Source: Phoronis australis (lineage: Eukaryota; Animalia; Phoronida). Taken from it: a stretch of 64,000 nt of DNA. A program made the position numbers and the translations under genes. The notes under the pieces were generated by a model that was given only the letters and a program-made list of their open reading frames with translations, made no database searches and was not told the origin of the DNA. This document shows positions 47,501 to 60,300 of this stretch, piece after piece; position 1 is the stretch's first letter, and every line of letters begins with the position of its first letter. Location of the stretch: NCBI GenBank assembly GCA_002633005.1, contig NMRA01000090.1, forward strand, positions 381,475 through 445,474, in the 5' to 3' direction.

Positions 47501-48713
47501 GCCTGAATTCTGGACACTGGGGTTCAGTGCCAGTGCCTATCTTTTTGTCAGTCATAAAAATGAAGAGTGGGCAAAAGTTAAGTACAACTGCTTCATAGTA
47601 AAAATCTGGTCAAAAGAGATTGAAAGAATATTAAAAGAAGTGATGTTGTTATCTCTGATCAGTGTTAGTAATGATCCCAGCCACCGCGAGTATGATAGGG
47701 CTTATAAGTCAACACGGTAGTTTCCTCGTACCCCGCAAAGTTTAATAGTTTATAACTTATTAGTTCATCGATTTTTTAAAATGGAAAAAACCATGCTTGG
47801 TTGTTTTTTTCCAACTTAATACAGCCACCGCGCCGGGCGCCGTGCGCCGCCCCTGCCACTCGACTATTTTGAGTCATTTTCTGCAGGCGGAGAGGCGGAG
47901 AGGCAGAGAGGATTTTCAAACTGGCAATCGCGCTTGTTGTTACAAGTGTCGCAACAGAATGAATAAGCCGTTATTGAGGGCTCTATATCAATCGTAAAAT
48001 GTTGTGTTTACATCAGAGCTTCAAAAGACTGTCGGATTTTAATGCAAGCGTGCGGCATTATAGGCAAGTTCAAAGACTTTTAATCTGTCCAAAATTATTG
48101 CCGCTCGCAATCTCAAAGTATTCGTGTTTCCCAGGAACTTTAACTTGTAAGCAATGGTTTAAAAATTGGAAAATTGCGGTAGTCAAAATTAAATTTTAAC
48201 AGTATTGGACAATTGAGAGTCTGCGGCTTAAGTCAACTAATACAATTTGAGATGCTGGCTTTAGTTTGAAAGTAGTTCCCTGCTTGGAGCAAAGGCCATC
48301 ATTAGTTATGCATAGCAGGCCTCACTGGCTGATGCACCGTGAAGTTTTGATTAGATTGCTTCAGCTGATAAGGACTTAATGAGCCCCTATAAGACTTCTC
48401 AGACCAGGCCCGAAATATGCTACGTGGGCACCGACTCTCTGAATGCATCAACCAAACGTATTAATTTTTGAAAATGCCCTCAAAAGTGGACTTTTTAAAA
48501 CACCGTGTTGTCCGTATTCGTCAGTGAAGAAGAGCGAAATGAACAGATTTGTTCACACTGCTCAAAAGCACTTTTGCGGACATACGGAAAGGCCAACGTC
48601 TCTGTCTTACAACGCTGTATGAGCTTGGCATTTCTGATGAAGCGCTCTCATGCTGGAATTTTTTAAGATTGAGCGCTGTTTCAAAAAATTGTTGTAGATC
48701 TTCTTACCGCACG

Positions 48714-49631
48714 CATAGGCGGATTTAGGGGGGCCCAGGGGGCCCGCCCCCCCCTTGGCTCCCGCAAAAAAAAATAAAACAGTAAGAGCGCAGGGAAATG
48801 TTGAGTTTATTAATTAACCNGGGGGGGGGCTCAAATCCAATTTCAAGTGTCAAATTCGGAACACGGCGCATTCGTAACGGAACTATCATGGCTAAGTATA
48901 GGCTCTCCCGCGATATCGCAGGCTACCGGCAGTGGCGCTGCGCACTACGACTCCGTTTCCGTCGTCTGCTCCACTGTTCAATGAAGAAAATTTACTTCAG
49001 TTTTTAAAGAAAATGGAACCTGAGTGACGATGAAAAAACAGAAGCTGCTGGTAAGATGTGAATTTTAATCGAAGCCTGAGTGAATCACTCAGAAAATCGC
49101 AATACTCTCTTTGCCAAACCTTATCTTAAGACAATATCCAAAGCAATCCCGTCATTATTGCCAACACGAAAAACGGATTTGGTCTTTTTGGCATTTGAAG
49201 ACTATTTTAAATACGACAAATTTGTTAAGAATCGATGGCACAAAATATAAAAGTGTAATAAGCATTACAAAAAGAAGTAGGTTTTGCGCGCAAACGCTGT
49301 GGACCATAAATAAGTAGGTCTCTTAGTATGTGCTTAGTAGATAAATCGTGGTGGTGTAGTGGCAACCTACGAGCGCACTAAGCGCAAGGTCGTGAGTTCG
49401 AGTCTTTACTACTTGCATTTTTTCCTGTTTGACACGTTCTCCGTTTTCTTGCCTTTTTTCGTGAATAATACTTCAGGAATCAAGGAAAATGCTTGATATT
49501 TAGAGGTAAAAACAGAAAAATTTCCCGGGCGGTGCTATGGCGGCATCTACAATAATGGCTCAGTTTACGCAAATTCTTACAGCCGGACAAAATGTTGGGC
49601 CCCCCCTTGTGATATCCTAGATCCGCCACTG
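48714..49631. mobile_element. hAT-like MITE nested in the 5-kb element, 6-bp TSD
   Basis: CATAGGCGGATTTAGG / CCTAGATCCGCCACTG termini; CGCACG at 48708-48713 and 49632-49637; contains N 48820. Confidence 0.65.
49336..49413 (+). other. tRNA-like pol III module (pseudo-tRNA)
   Basis: A box TGGTGTAGTGG, B box GAGTTCGAGTC, downstream T run; anticodon arm non-canonical (GCGC-ACTAA-GCGC), so not called a functional tRNA. Confidence 0.5.
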
Positions 49632-51099
49632 CGCACGTGATAGGAGACCCGTGTGGAAAATTTTAAAAACGCAAAAAGGCATTTCGGCGTAACGCAAACA
49701 AAAAACAATTGTGGGCAAAGACTGTCAAAAATGGCTGACGTGTTTACAAAATGACTACGGCGTTGTATTGACCGGGAAGCAGCCAATCGAATGCAGCTTG
49801 TTAACGTCAGGAGTCAAATTAAAGATCAAATATAAAGAAAATTTTCACGTTTTTTATCCAAAACTTGTTGCATTATCCATAATGCAATGCATGGTATTAC
49901 CGCTTGCCTTCAACCTTCGAATTAGTGGTGTTACACAACAGCTGTGAACTCATATGACAGAGACAGTCAAACTAGGTTAATTTATTTGACCCTGTGCTAA
50001 GACGAATATGCATCGACACGAAAAGTGGTATGAGCCTGACAACCTATTGCGCAACTGCTACTCTAGCCTAAAAATAGCAGCCGACCAGCTGGTCGGCTGA
50101 TGGCCGGTCGGCTGAAGGGTCGCCTGAAGGGTCGGCTGGGGAGTCGCTTTATGAGTCGGCACTGCGGCCGGCTGCCGACTGGTCGACGGCCGGTCGTCGA
50201 CCAATTTCCGACCGGTCGGACAAAAATTCGTGATGTGTGCTGTAAGTTACTTAAAAAACGGACGATTGGGCATTTTAATTAAAGACCTGCTAAAACTGCT
50301 GCATCCGAAACGCAACAAAGTCCGTCCACATTAACATCGTAACTAAAAACTGATACACTTAGTGTTCAGTTAAGGTAGGTGTATACACTGATCAAATCTC
50401 CAGGTTCCTAACTAAAATGAGTAAAAAGGTAGTTTTAACTAGTTAGACATGAATCTGAAAGTGACAAAAATCAAAAAAAAAGTTTTTTTTGTAGTTCGTT
50501 TTTTTAAAAAATCGTATTTTTTAATTTTCAAAAAATAGAATTTTACCTCCATTTTTTTTCAAAATGCACAGGGATCATCATCAACTGTTTCCTTACGCAA
50601 TCTTCTACTTATCCATACCAAATATATGTACAAAATCATTATGATCTTGATTTTGTGGCATTTTTTGTGTGTGAGTTGGGGCAAGCACGCCACTTTTTGT
50701 CATTTGGTCACTTTCCGTCTAATAACTAAAAATCTGGTCCATTTATCAAAAAAGCCTGGCACGCGATTTTACTTCAGTCCTAGAGTGTTTCAAATTTGCA
50801 ACTTTCGTAAAAATTGACCCACGTGTTGTGGAAAAATAGGCCCCAGAATCTTGTCACTATCCTGAAATCACGAGCCGAGAAAAACGGCTTTAAAGTTAAG
50901 CGGTCATCGATTGCCACTTGAGATCAAATTTCGTTCAGAATGCGTGGTCATTATGTTCCAATTTTTGTTGAAGTACTAGAAATAAAGCTGATATTTACTT
51001 CATATTTAGAAAATGTGACATACCTTTTTGTTTACAGCGTAATTTTAATCATTTTTTCGAACTTGTGAAGCACGACAGACGACCAAAACAAATATGGCT

Positions 51100-51330
51100 G
51101 TCACGTGGGCGGAGCTTAGCGTTGATCTATTGTCTGCTGTACTGGTGTGCCGACTACACATTAAAACCATGTGTCGATTCATCTGACTCTCCACTCAGTT
51201 TGTAAAAGACTCTCTAACTATATTACACAGACCTATTTGTTAGTATTCCAATATTATCATCAACCAATATATGTGTTATATCAAATCGCCGCGTTACTGC
51301 CTACATAACAATATTGGCGACGAGGATAAA
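51100..51330 (+). mobile_element. LTR retrotransposon remnant: LTR 3' end and primer-binding site
   Basis: ...ACATAACA (51310) followed by TGGCGACGAGGAT (51315-51327), complementary to the tRNA-Ser(GCU) 3' end; left boundary approximate. Confidence 0.55.
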
Positions 51331-51543
51331 GAACTACTTTCATAGTAATGGCTCAACATTTTTAGTACGTGCCTGTACCCAATGGACTTTGGGATTAGAA
51401 AATATCACTTTCTGCGCAAATAGCGCCGCTTGGGTGAGATTCTCAAGTTACTAAAGTTTCTTATATTGCTTTCCTCTAAAATCATATAATATCATGAGTT
51501 TTAATTCAGGGTTACGTTTGAATCTATGCACTAGAAATTTTTT

Positions 51544-52065
51544 TGTTATGTGAACACTGGGTCATTTCTCTAATTCTTTGGGTTACAGCCAGTGGCAAGT
51601 TAAAAGTCCTCTGGGTTTGACAGCCTAGTTTCTCCAAGGCGCGTTCCCAGCACAGAAGCACGGTTTATCTGCGAAGACTCTACTCTGACGGCCTGTACAA
51701 TATGTAGTTGTCCATGTGTCGCGCGCGCGGCTTGTCTTTTAGTTCACAGCGCGTGCATGCACTCTCACCGAATCGTGCAACACCACCCACGTCGACACTC
51801 AGCGTCCTCTCGCAAGACACCTGACCTTATATTACCCACTTCTCTTATACATGCACAATTTCTGCACGGACTCCTCAAGCTGAGTGCAGTGATGGCTTCG
51901 GTAGGGCTTGGCGTACTCAACTTAATTTTTTTGCAGATAGGTAAACAGGCTCAGGCTCGGAACAGGAGCTAGTTCACCATTTCACCACCAACTTTCACAT
52001 GGTCAAAAATAGAATTGTTTTATTCTTGGTCTTGCTACAACACCAATATCAGCTGGTACATAACA
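51544..52065. mobile_element. Possible solo LTR
   Basis: Bounded by TGTTATGT ... ACATAACA; no TSD visible. Confidence 0.35.
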
Positions 52066-52371
52066 CTCGATTGCCCGGTTACGCAATGCTTGTTGACAGG
52101 GTTAAATTAGAGCTAGTGTCCTTGTATATAAGCTCCGCCCCAGTTGTCAATCACTGAGCTGGTTAGCACTCAAGCCATATGACTTACTGAGGCTTGGTCA
52201 AATATAGCTAAAAAAACAACTTTGGATTTTCAGAATGATTTTATTTTTCTTCAGTATGCATCAAGAATTAAAGATTAGGATGACATAAAATGTAAAAAAA
52301 CAGTCACAATTAATTTTTTTGTGTATCCACCACAGTGTAATGAAATAATACAACTTGCTGTGTTACTGAAC

Positions 52372-54045
52372 TGTAAACAAGAGCAACGCAGAGCATAAGG
52401 GTGTTTATTTGTATCATAAAAATGACAGCTACATGGTGCAAAATAGGTCGAATCCATCCAAAAGGGAACGTATTGTTTCTTTAATCAATAACGATGTACC
52501 AAATTTCATAAACGTCCATCCAGAGAAACAGAAAAAAATGAAATTGCCACTAGGGGGCACAGTGTTCATCCGATCCATCTCAAATTCGTCTTCTTCTGTT
52601 GTCAACATCATACAGACTTGCTAAATTTAGTAAAGAACCTGCAGTAGGTTTAGGAGATACAGCTATGGGTGCAAATGAAAACCTGCCACTAGGAGGCACC
52701 ACTGTAGTTGGGAAATCGTTGACCGTCGTTCTCACACAACACATGTCCCAATTTTTACAATGATCATCCTTACACAGTGGTTTGGTTGATATAGCGGCGG
52801 ACTAAAAAAAGACTCTGAAACAGTAAAAATGGCCACAAGATGGCGCAAAATGCGTCAAATCCATCCGAAAACAGGAACATGTCATTATTTCCTCAATAGA
52901 AAGCTATTTCCAAAATTTCATTAAAATCCATCCAGGAACCTAGAAAAATGGAGGAAAATGGGAAAAATGAAATTGCCTCAAGGGGACACAGTGTTCATAC
53001 AATCCGTTTGAAAGTTGTCCATTTTCAAATTCGTACTCACTTACTAAGTTCAATAATGATCCTACGGTGGTTTAAGACATACAGCTATGGGCACAAAAAA
53101 AAACTGCCACTAGGAGGTACCACAGTAGTCGAAGTTGTGGGAAAATCATCGTCAACCATCCTCGTCACACTAAAAAGATATATGACAATTTTTGGTTGAT
53201 AGAAGGGTGGATGCCAAAAAACGGACCGGAAAATAGTAAAAATGGTCACCTGGTGGCGCAAAATACCTCAAATCCGTCCTAAAACGGGATGATAGTATAA
53301 CCTCACTAATCGATGCCCAGCTGCCAAATTTCGTGAAGATTCGTTGAGGACCTTTGAAGATACAGAAGTAAATATAATAAACTAAAATTGCCGTTATGCA
53401 CCCACACTGTGGAATGAGTATCCCGACTGCATGGTTGGCCAGTCGGGATACAGCCTTGTTGTCAGTTTGACAGTGGAAAACCAATGTTTACATAGTCCAG
53501 CTCTCTTATTATCTGCTTTCATCTGATGCTCACATAATCCAGCAATTGTGTTTCAAACCGCTCGCCTGATGTCAACTGATATTTAAAAATACTATTTGCA
53601 TACGACATTTAACAAATGTTGTGAAGATGTTTTGCATGAAATACTTTCACCAAAAAACTTTGAATGGAGAAAAACAGTTGACTTTCAAAGAAATTAGACT
53701 TAATTTTCACCTTGTGTGACTGTAAGCTCTGACCAGCTTTAACCACAGAGTTGTGTACTAACACAAAAGGCGTGCTTGCCAAGTTTCCTTAATCGAGCGT
53801 AATTCTAGATTAGATGGTGAATTTCTTGATTTTTACACTCGAAGAAAATGGTACATAATGGCCACTAGGGTGCACACCCGTTGCCGCATCCTTCCAAAAA
53901 TCCATCGTGATTCGTTATCCGCTTTATAGGAACACATCTGCCAATCTCATCAAGATCGTGTGAGCAGTTTAGGAGATACAGGTGCGTACGCCCACACATA
54001 TGATGGCAATATGAACCCACACATATACATGTGGGTGCACAAAAA
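52372..54045 (-). mobile_element. Helentron/HINE-like element(s), interrupted at ~53400-53840
   Basis: 5' TTTTTGTGCACCCAC hairpin end at 54045, array units, 3' GCTCTTGTTT end at 52372. Confidence 0.6.
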
Positions 54046-54325
54046 CTACAGAAGTGGGCACTTGGTCTGGCTCTTCCACTGTCACAGTGATGCACGCTTA
54101 TTATAATAAAAAAACTAAAAAACAACATGCATGCTAAGCTTTCCAAGAAATGACAAGGCTCTAGAGACCAAACTGTAGAAAATAACTACTAAAGTGTGAA
54201 AAGTGACAGGGACGCTGCTTGTGACACACTACATTGAGCATCCATACATCTACAGGTATGTGTGACTGCGTAGAAACAAAGTAAACCTGTATGTGTAACA
54301 CCAGCCTTTGACAAAGAAGCATGTG

Positions 54326-57300
54326 TTAGCATGAGTAGGGTGTAAATCTTGGTCGATAATCATTGACAGGGGACATGCGATTAACATCACTGACTGGAGA
54401 CACTTCAGTCCTGGTCCCCGCATCAAGTACACCGGTGGAATGACGTGCCTCTGACCCAGCATTCACAGAAGTGCATACAGGCACCACATTGTCTGAGGAC
54501 TGATGCATATTTAAATCATGAGGTAAAAAGGCTTCATCCTCAGCAAAACTATTGTTTAATGTGACCCCATTATCAGAGGTCAGGTCAGCAGATGTCACAG
54601 TCAAATCAGGGTCGAAAACTTCCTCTTCTGCACGACTGGCAAAACCACGCCCTCTGGAGAGATCTGAGTGACTCTGATAGGGTGGTGGCCCCTCTCCGGT
54701 TGGTGTATGTTGTGAAGATGTAGACACATATGAAGTACGATATGCTCGACGGTGACTGGCTCTTGGGCGTTCCTCAGGAGCGTCTTCGTGACTGATTCCC
54801 AAACGATCTTAAAAAAGAACAAGATTATGTTGCAAAGCATACTCAGAACAGATAATTCATTCAAGACATTACCAGATGCTTGTCAACATAATTTGGACAC
54901 TGCAAATCATAAATCCTTTATCTAATATTTTCCAGCTGACACTGCCACCATTACATAACTTCACAATGCTGAATATGCTAAAAATTTAATCACTTCTAAC
55001 AAAGGATCTTGTAACTAGACAAAAAGAGGTATTAAATTCCTCTCCATGCTGAAAAACTGATGTTCGTCAAATGTATACAGCTGTAGATTGAATGAACGAC
55101 TTGACTCAATAATATGAGACATTTCTCAGTCTCCGAATAGTTTACAGTCTCATGTGGTTACAGTATTCAGTGGATCACTAATCTTCATGTAAGCTAAAAC
55201 AATAACGGGGAAATTAATTATTTTATGCTCAACAGTATAAGACTCCTTGAACTAGAATATCAAAGATTTGGGTACAACCATTGTGTGTCAGTCTTTGCTT
55301 CAGTATTTCAGTTATCAAAACTAACCACAAGGTTCCATGAAATGCTGATTGTTAAGGTGTTGAATATTCCATGTTAGAAAATCGCACTCCCTCCCACTGT
55401 TATTAAATGTGTCCTTTTTCATTGAAACAATTTTTCCTTACGATGTAGTAATTTTGTCATCAACAAGACTCAGTTCTAATGTATTGCATTCTGCTTCATA
55501 CATACTAATGTAATATGTTCTTTTCTCCTCAACAGTTAATGGTGGACTGACTCCACAGTTGGAGCGTCCGTTATTCATCAACTTGGTACTACTGACTGTA
55601 ATCTTGAGAGTGAAATGAGTCCCATGTCATGTTCAAATTTGAGGTATGATGGACAAATTGATGCATTTTGCCATCTACAAATAGACCTCAGAGTAGTATC
55701 TCAGATGTGTCTTACTTGAAAGTCATAGAACAGTCATCTTGTTTGCATGTGTGAAAACAATACTGTTGTTGAGGTACGTGAAAAAATCGAACTGAGTTTG
55801 TAAGAACTGAATTATGGTTGATGAGATAAGATCTACAGCTCATAAAAAAGGAATATTGTGAACGCGAAATCGACATTGTTAAGAACGCCGGTGTTGTCCA
55901 GTAGCCATTATGCATTTGCATTGAAAATCGCACAAATGAAACTGCCAGCACAAAACAGAATACATTGACTTAAGATTAAGACACCTGGACCAGCAGATGA
56001 AGACAACTGGACCAACAGATGAAGACACCTGGACCAACAGATGTCTGCAGCATAAAAAGAAAAATTACAGTAAAATCTCACCAACAAAATGTATCTTTTT
56101 CGTTTCAAAGTCTTATAACATTGTTGCGAATTTCCAAAATAATTGCCTTCGAAAACTATGGAAATGAAACTTTAAAAGGATGAAGCATCAATTGAGTGCC
56201 ACTTATCTTTAAATGTACGTGGGACCCTCGAAAAATGGCCAAAGTTAGAAAACTTTGGAACACTATATCTCAGAAATGGTTGATCAGATTCATGTGAAAC
56301 TTTCAGACATCATTCTTCAGGCACTGTTCTTTCTCCGTTTTTGCATGAAGTACTGTGGTATTTATTATCAAACTCAAAAAAGACATAAGACTAAAATGAT
56401 ATGATAAAACTACAAGAGCATTTTTGAGATTTCGTTTTGTATGTCATTTACATCTAACACAATTTGATTTTGCTATCAAATAGAGGGGCGCCATCTTTTA
56501 GCCACAAATTCAGTATTGTGGAGCATTTATCGTTTCCTAAAATGAACGAAGTGTTGGCGAACAATGTAAACATAACATTAAAACTAAAAAGCATGGTTTT
56601 ATGTAAAAAAAATCGCTGATACCTTTTATATCAGCGGAGGCTATGACTTTCTGTTTACATGCTCACCCTTTTCAAATAAACGCCCGGGTTTTTACTTGGT
56701 GTTACTGACAGAAATGACTGAAAATTTTCATTTTCTAAATACACACCCATGGGCTTAGCTATGGAAAATCCGGGTAAGAAGTTTCTTCTTTGTTAAATTA
56801 CTAAAAAGATACGGTCACGTGATCCAAGTAATAACAGATTGGCATAAAGCCAAAAAATAAAATTCTGGCTTTTTACTTTCAGAAATTATATATTCTTACA
56901 GAGTTAAAATCTATTGTATTGGCTAAACACATCGTCAAGTTCAAAAGGTCCTACATAACCTTACCAATAACAATAAAAAGTTGAATGAAAGTTTAATTAC
57001 ACACCATAATGTACCCTAAATAAGCACGATTTTGCCGTACACAGAACTGACTGCCAGATAATGAATCAAATGGTTCCAAAAAGCGATTTACATTATCTGC
57101 ATACATGAAAGTGGTTTGTATGCACAATAACTGGTCAACATTATGTTTACTGATGTGTTGCCGTATGTTGTTAATAACAAGATAACATTGAGCAAACTCT
57201 ATGGAAGACTGACGAAGGATGCACAAGTCANAAACTTAATATTTAGTCACCAATCTCAAAAACGCTGTTAGGATTTTTGATATAAAAGCTTAGTTTTTGT

Positions 57301-60300
57301 GTAATGTGACAAAGACGAATACGACTTCAATTTTTTACAAAAATACCTTACGTTTTGCGAGTTGATTTGTCATAGAAACCAAACGAACAAACTAATCGAA
57401 AATTCCCAACAGCGTTTTTGAGGTAATTGATGAAGTTTTCATTTAAAAAAGGTTTCGTTAAAATCGACCGAGGGATTATTTTGCTATGAATGTACCTTTC
57501 TTAAAAATGAAATTTTTACTTAAAAAAGCTTTTTACGAAAAAATAATAATGACAAATAAATACAAAACGTATATTTATATTTCCTGGTCTTTGTTCTTTC
57601 AGAAAATATCTACTTTTACTAGTTGACAAAGCTTAGTTTTTTTGATATAAGTGTTAGAATGGAGGCCACTAAATAAGGTTGTACCTAACCTTAAGAACGC
57701 CAGTGTTGTCCAGTAGCCATTATGCATTTGCATTGAAAATCGCACAAATGAAACTGCCAGCACAAAACAGAATACATTGACTTAAGATTAAGACATCTGG
57801 ACCAGCAGATGAAGACAACTGGACCAACAGATGAAGACACCTGGACCAACAGATGTCTGCGGCATGAAAAGAAAAATTACAGTAAAATCTCACCAAAAAA
57901 ATTTGTCTTTTTTATTTCAAAGTCTTATAACATTGTTGTGAATGTCCAAAATAATTGCCTTTGAAAACTATGGAAATGAAACTTTAAAAGGATGAAGCAT
58001 CAATTGAGTGCCACTTATCTTTAAATGTACGTGGGACCTTCGAAAAATGGCTAAAGTTAGAAAACTTTGGAACATTATATCTCAGAAATGGGTGAGAGCT
58101 GTTCCAGTAAAATCTGTATGGGAGGGGGGGAAGGCACCTTTTTTTCGCACCCACCACCCATATTTTGTATTTATTTCTTCAGCCTACCACCCGTAATTTT
58201 TTATAAGTTTGAAATGCAACCAACCGTAATTTTTTTTGTTCTTGTGGTTGACTGCACAGGCGCTTGAGTTTATCTGTTCCTCCATCACCACTAACGTCAT
58301 TCATTACTAAGAAAACATATGTTTCTTATATATGGTTATTAGCCATCGAGAAATTCGAGCACCTGTGGTTAAGTGGTGTTATGGGAATGAGGAGATCGGA
58401 GGGAGTGAAAAAGTCGGAGCTTTTTGCAAGTTGCATTTTTGTTTCAGTTTTTGATTCTGTGCAGATTGTTTATAAAATTTACTAAAATCACCCACCATCA
58501 AACATTTATAGCCCAGTGAAACAACAACGACCTGTAAATTTTAATTTTTTTGAAGTACGACCACCAGCCATTTTGAATTTAAATCAAACGCAACCACCCA
58601 TAAATTTTTATTTCAGTTGCCTTCCCCCCTCCCACACAGATTTTGCTGGAACAGCCCTGATCAGATTCATGTGAAACTTTCAGACATCATTCTTCAGGCA
58701 CTGTTCTTTCTCCGTTTTTGCATGAAGTACTGTGGTATTTATTATCAAACTCAAAAGTGACATAAGACTAAAATGAAATGATAAAACTACAAGAGCATTT
58801 TTGAGATTTCGTTTTGTATGTCATTTACATCTAACACAATTTGATTTTGCTATCAAATAGAGGGGCGTCATCTTTTAGCCATAAATTCTGTATTGTAGAG
58901 CATTTATCGTTTCTTAAAATGAACAAAGTGTTGGAGAACAATGTAAACATAAAATCAAAATTAAAAAGCATGGTTTTATGCAAAAAAAATCGCTGATACC
59001 TTTTATATCAGCGAAGGCTATGCTATGACTTTCTGTTTACATGCTCACCCTCTTCAAATAAACGCCCGGGGTTTTTACTTGGTGTTACTGACAGAAATGA
59101 CTGAAAATTTTCATTTTCTAAATACACACCCATGGGCTTAGCTATGGAAAATCCGGATAAGAAGTTTCTTCTTCGTTAAATTACTAAAAAAATACGGTCA
59201 CGTGATCCAAGTAATAACAGATTGGTATAAAGCCAAAAAATAAAATTCTACTCTGGCTTTTTACATTCAGAAATTATATATTCTTACAGAGTTAAAATCT
59301 ATTGTATTGGCTAAATACACCGTAAAGTTTAAAAGGTCCTACATAACCTTACCAATAACAATAAAAAATTGAATAAAAGTTTACACACCATGTAGTACCC
59401 TAAATAAGCATGATTTTGCCGTACACAGAACCGACTGCCAGATAATGAATCAAATGGTTCCAAAAAGCGATTTACATTATCTGCATGCATGAAAGTGGTT
59501 TGTATGCACAATAACTGGTCAACATTATGTTTACTGATGTGTTGCCGTATGTTGTTAATAACAAGATAACATTGAGCAAACTCTATGGAAGACTGACGAA
59601 GGATGCACAAGTCACAGCAAAATTAAAAACTCACTAATTATGGTGAGACCCTCTTCTCTTTCTAAAATGGCCGGCGACTGGTATGCCAACTGCATTCGTT
59701 TTCGCATTTTACGTCGACGACGGCACACAACAAGAAATATTGCAGCAGCCAGTATTAATAGAAAGAGAAATACGACGCCCAGCACTATTCCAGTAATCAC
59801 GCCACTTGTAAGATTAATCAATGCTGAAAAAACAATGACATGGACTGTAACAGTAAGATCCACATGGTGGGAGCGCTCTTTATTCTCTCGTATTTACTGG
59901 AATTCTAATCTAATCATACCTAAAATGCTATCAGAAAGACATTACCTGAATGGATCAAGTGGCGAATTAACGGTTTTTGGCAAAAGTAATTTCAGAATTA
60001 TTGCTTAACTTGGAAGAAAACAATTTATGTCATTAGAAAGAGTGGACCTCTGTCCACAGAATGTGATCAGTTTGTGTTCTATTATGGATTGAAAACATTG
60101 ACTCCAGCTCGTGACATCTGCTGACACGCTTCTTTAATGGAATTTTTTTTTGCCAAATTTCATAAACATCTGTCAAAGAACAAAGAAAAACGAAAAAATG
60201 AAATTGCCACTAAGGGGCACAGCATTCGCTGGATCCGCCGGAAAGTCATCGTTGTCCGATTCCAAAAATATAAGACATTCAACGAATTGAAAATAGACAC

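Larger units (their letters stand above)
45177..50242. mobile_element. 5.07-kb non-autonomous TIR element with TA flanks and GGTCG-rich subterminal repeats
   Basis: TA-CAGCACACATCACGAATTTTTGTCC(A/G)ACCGGTCGGAAATTGGTCGACGAC... mirrored at 50242; inverted similarity ~130-150 bp; no transposase ORF; spans N 48820. Confidence 0.8.
55879..59614. repeat. Near-identical ~1.35-kb duplication across N 57231 (55879-57230 vs 57691-59614)
   Basis: Colinear copies differing by scattered SNPs, small indels and TE insertions; duplicated ORF-track entries 56993..57226 and 59329..59610. Confidence 0.9.

Noticed and set aside
48250-48420. GCTGGCTTTAG start resembling vault RNA, and a hammerhead-like CTGATAAG..CGAAA
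   Set aside because: No B box or terminator, core mismatched; better explained as the end of a weak inverted repeat pair (47696 / 48389).
49336-49413. Functional tRNA gene
   Set aside because: Anticodon arm and acceptor stem are non-canonical; kept only as a tRNA-like module.
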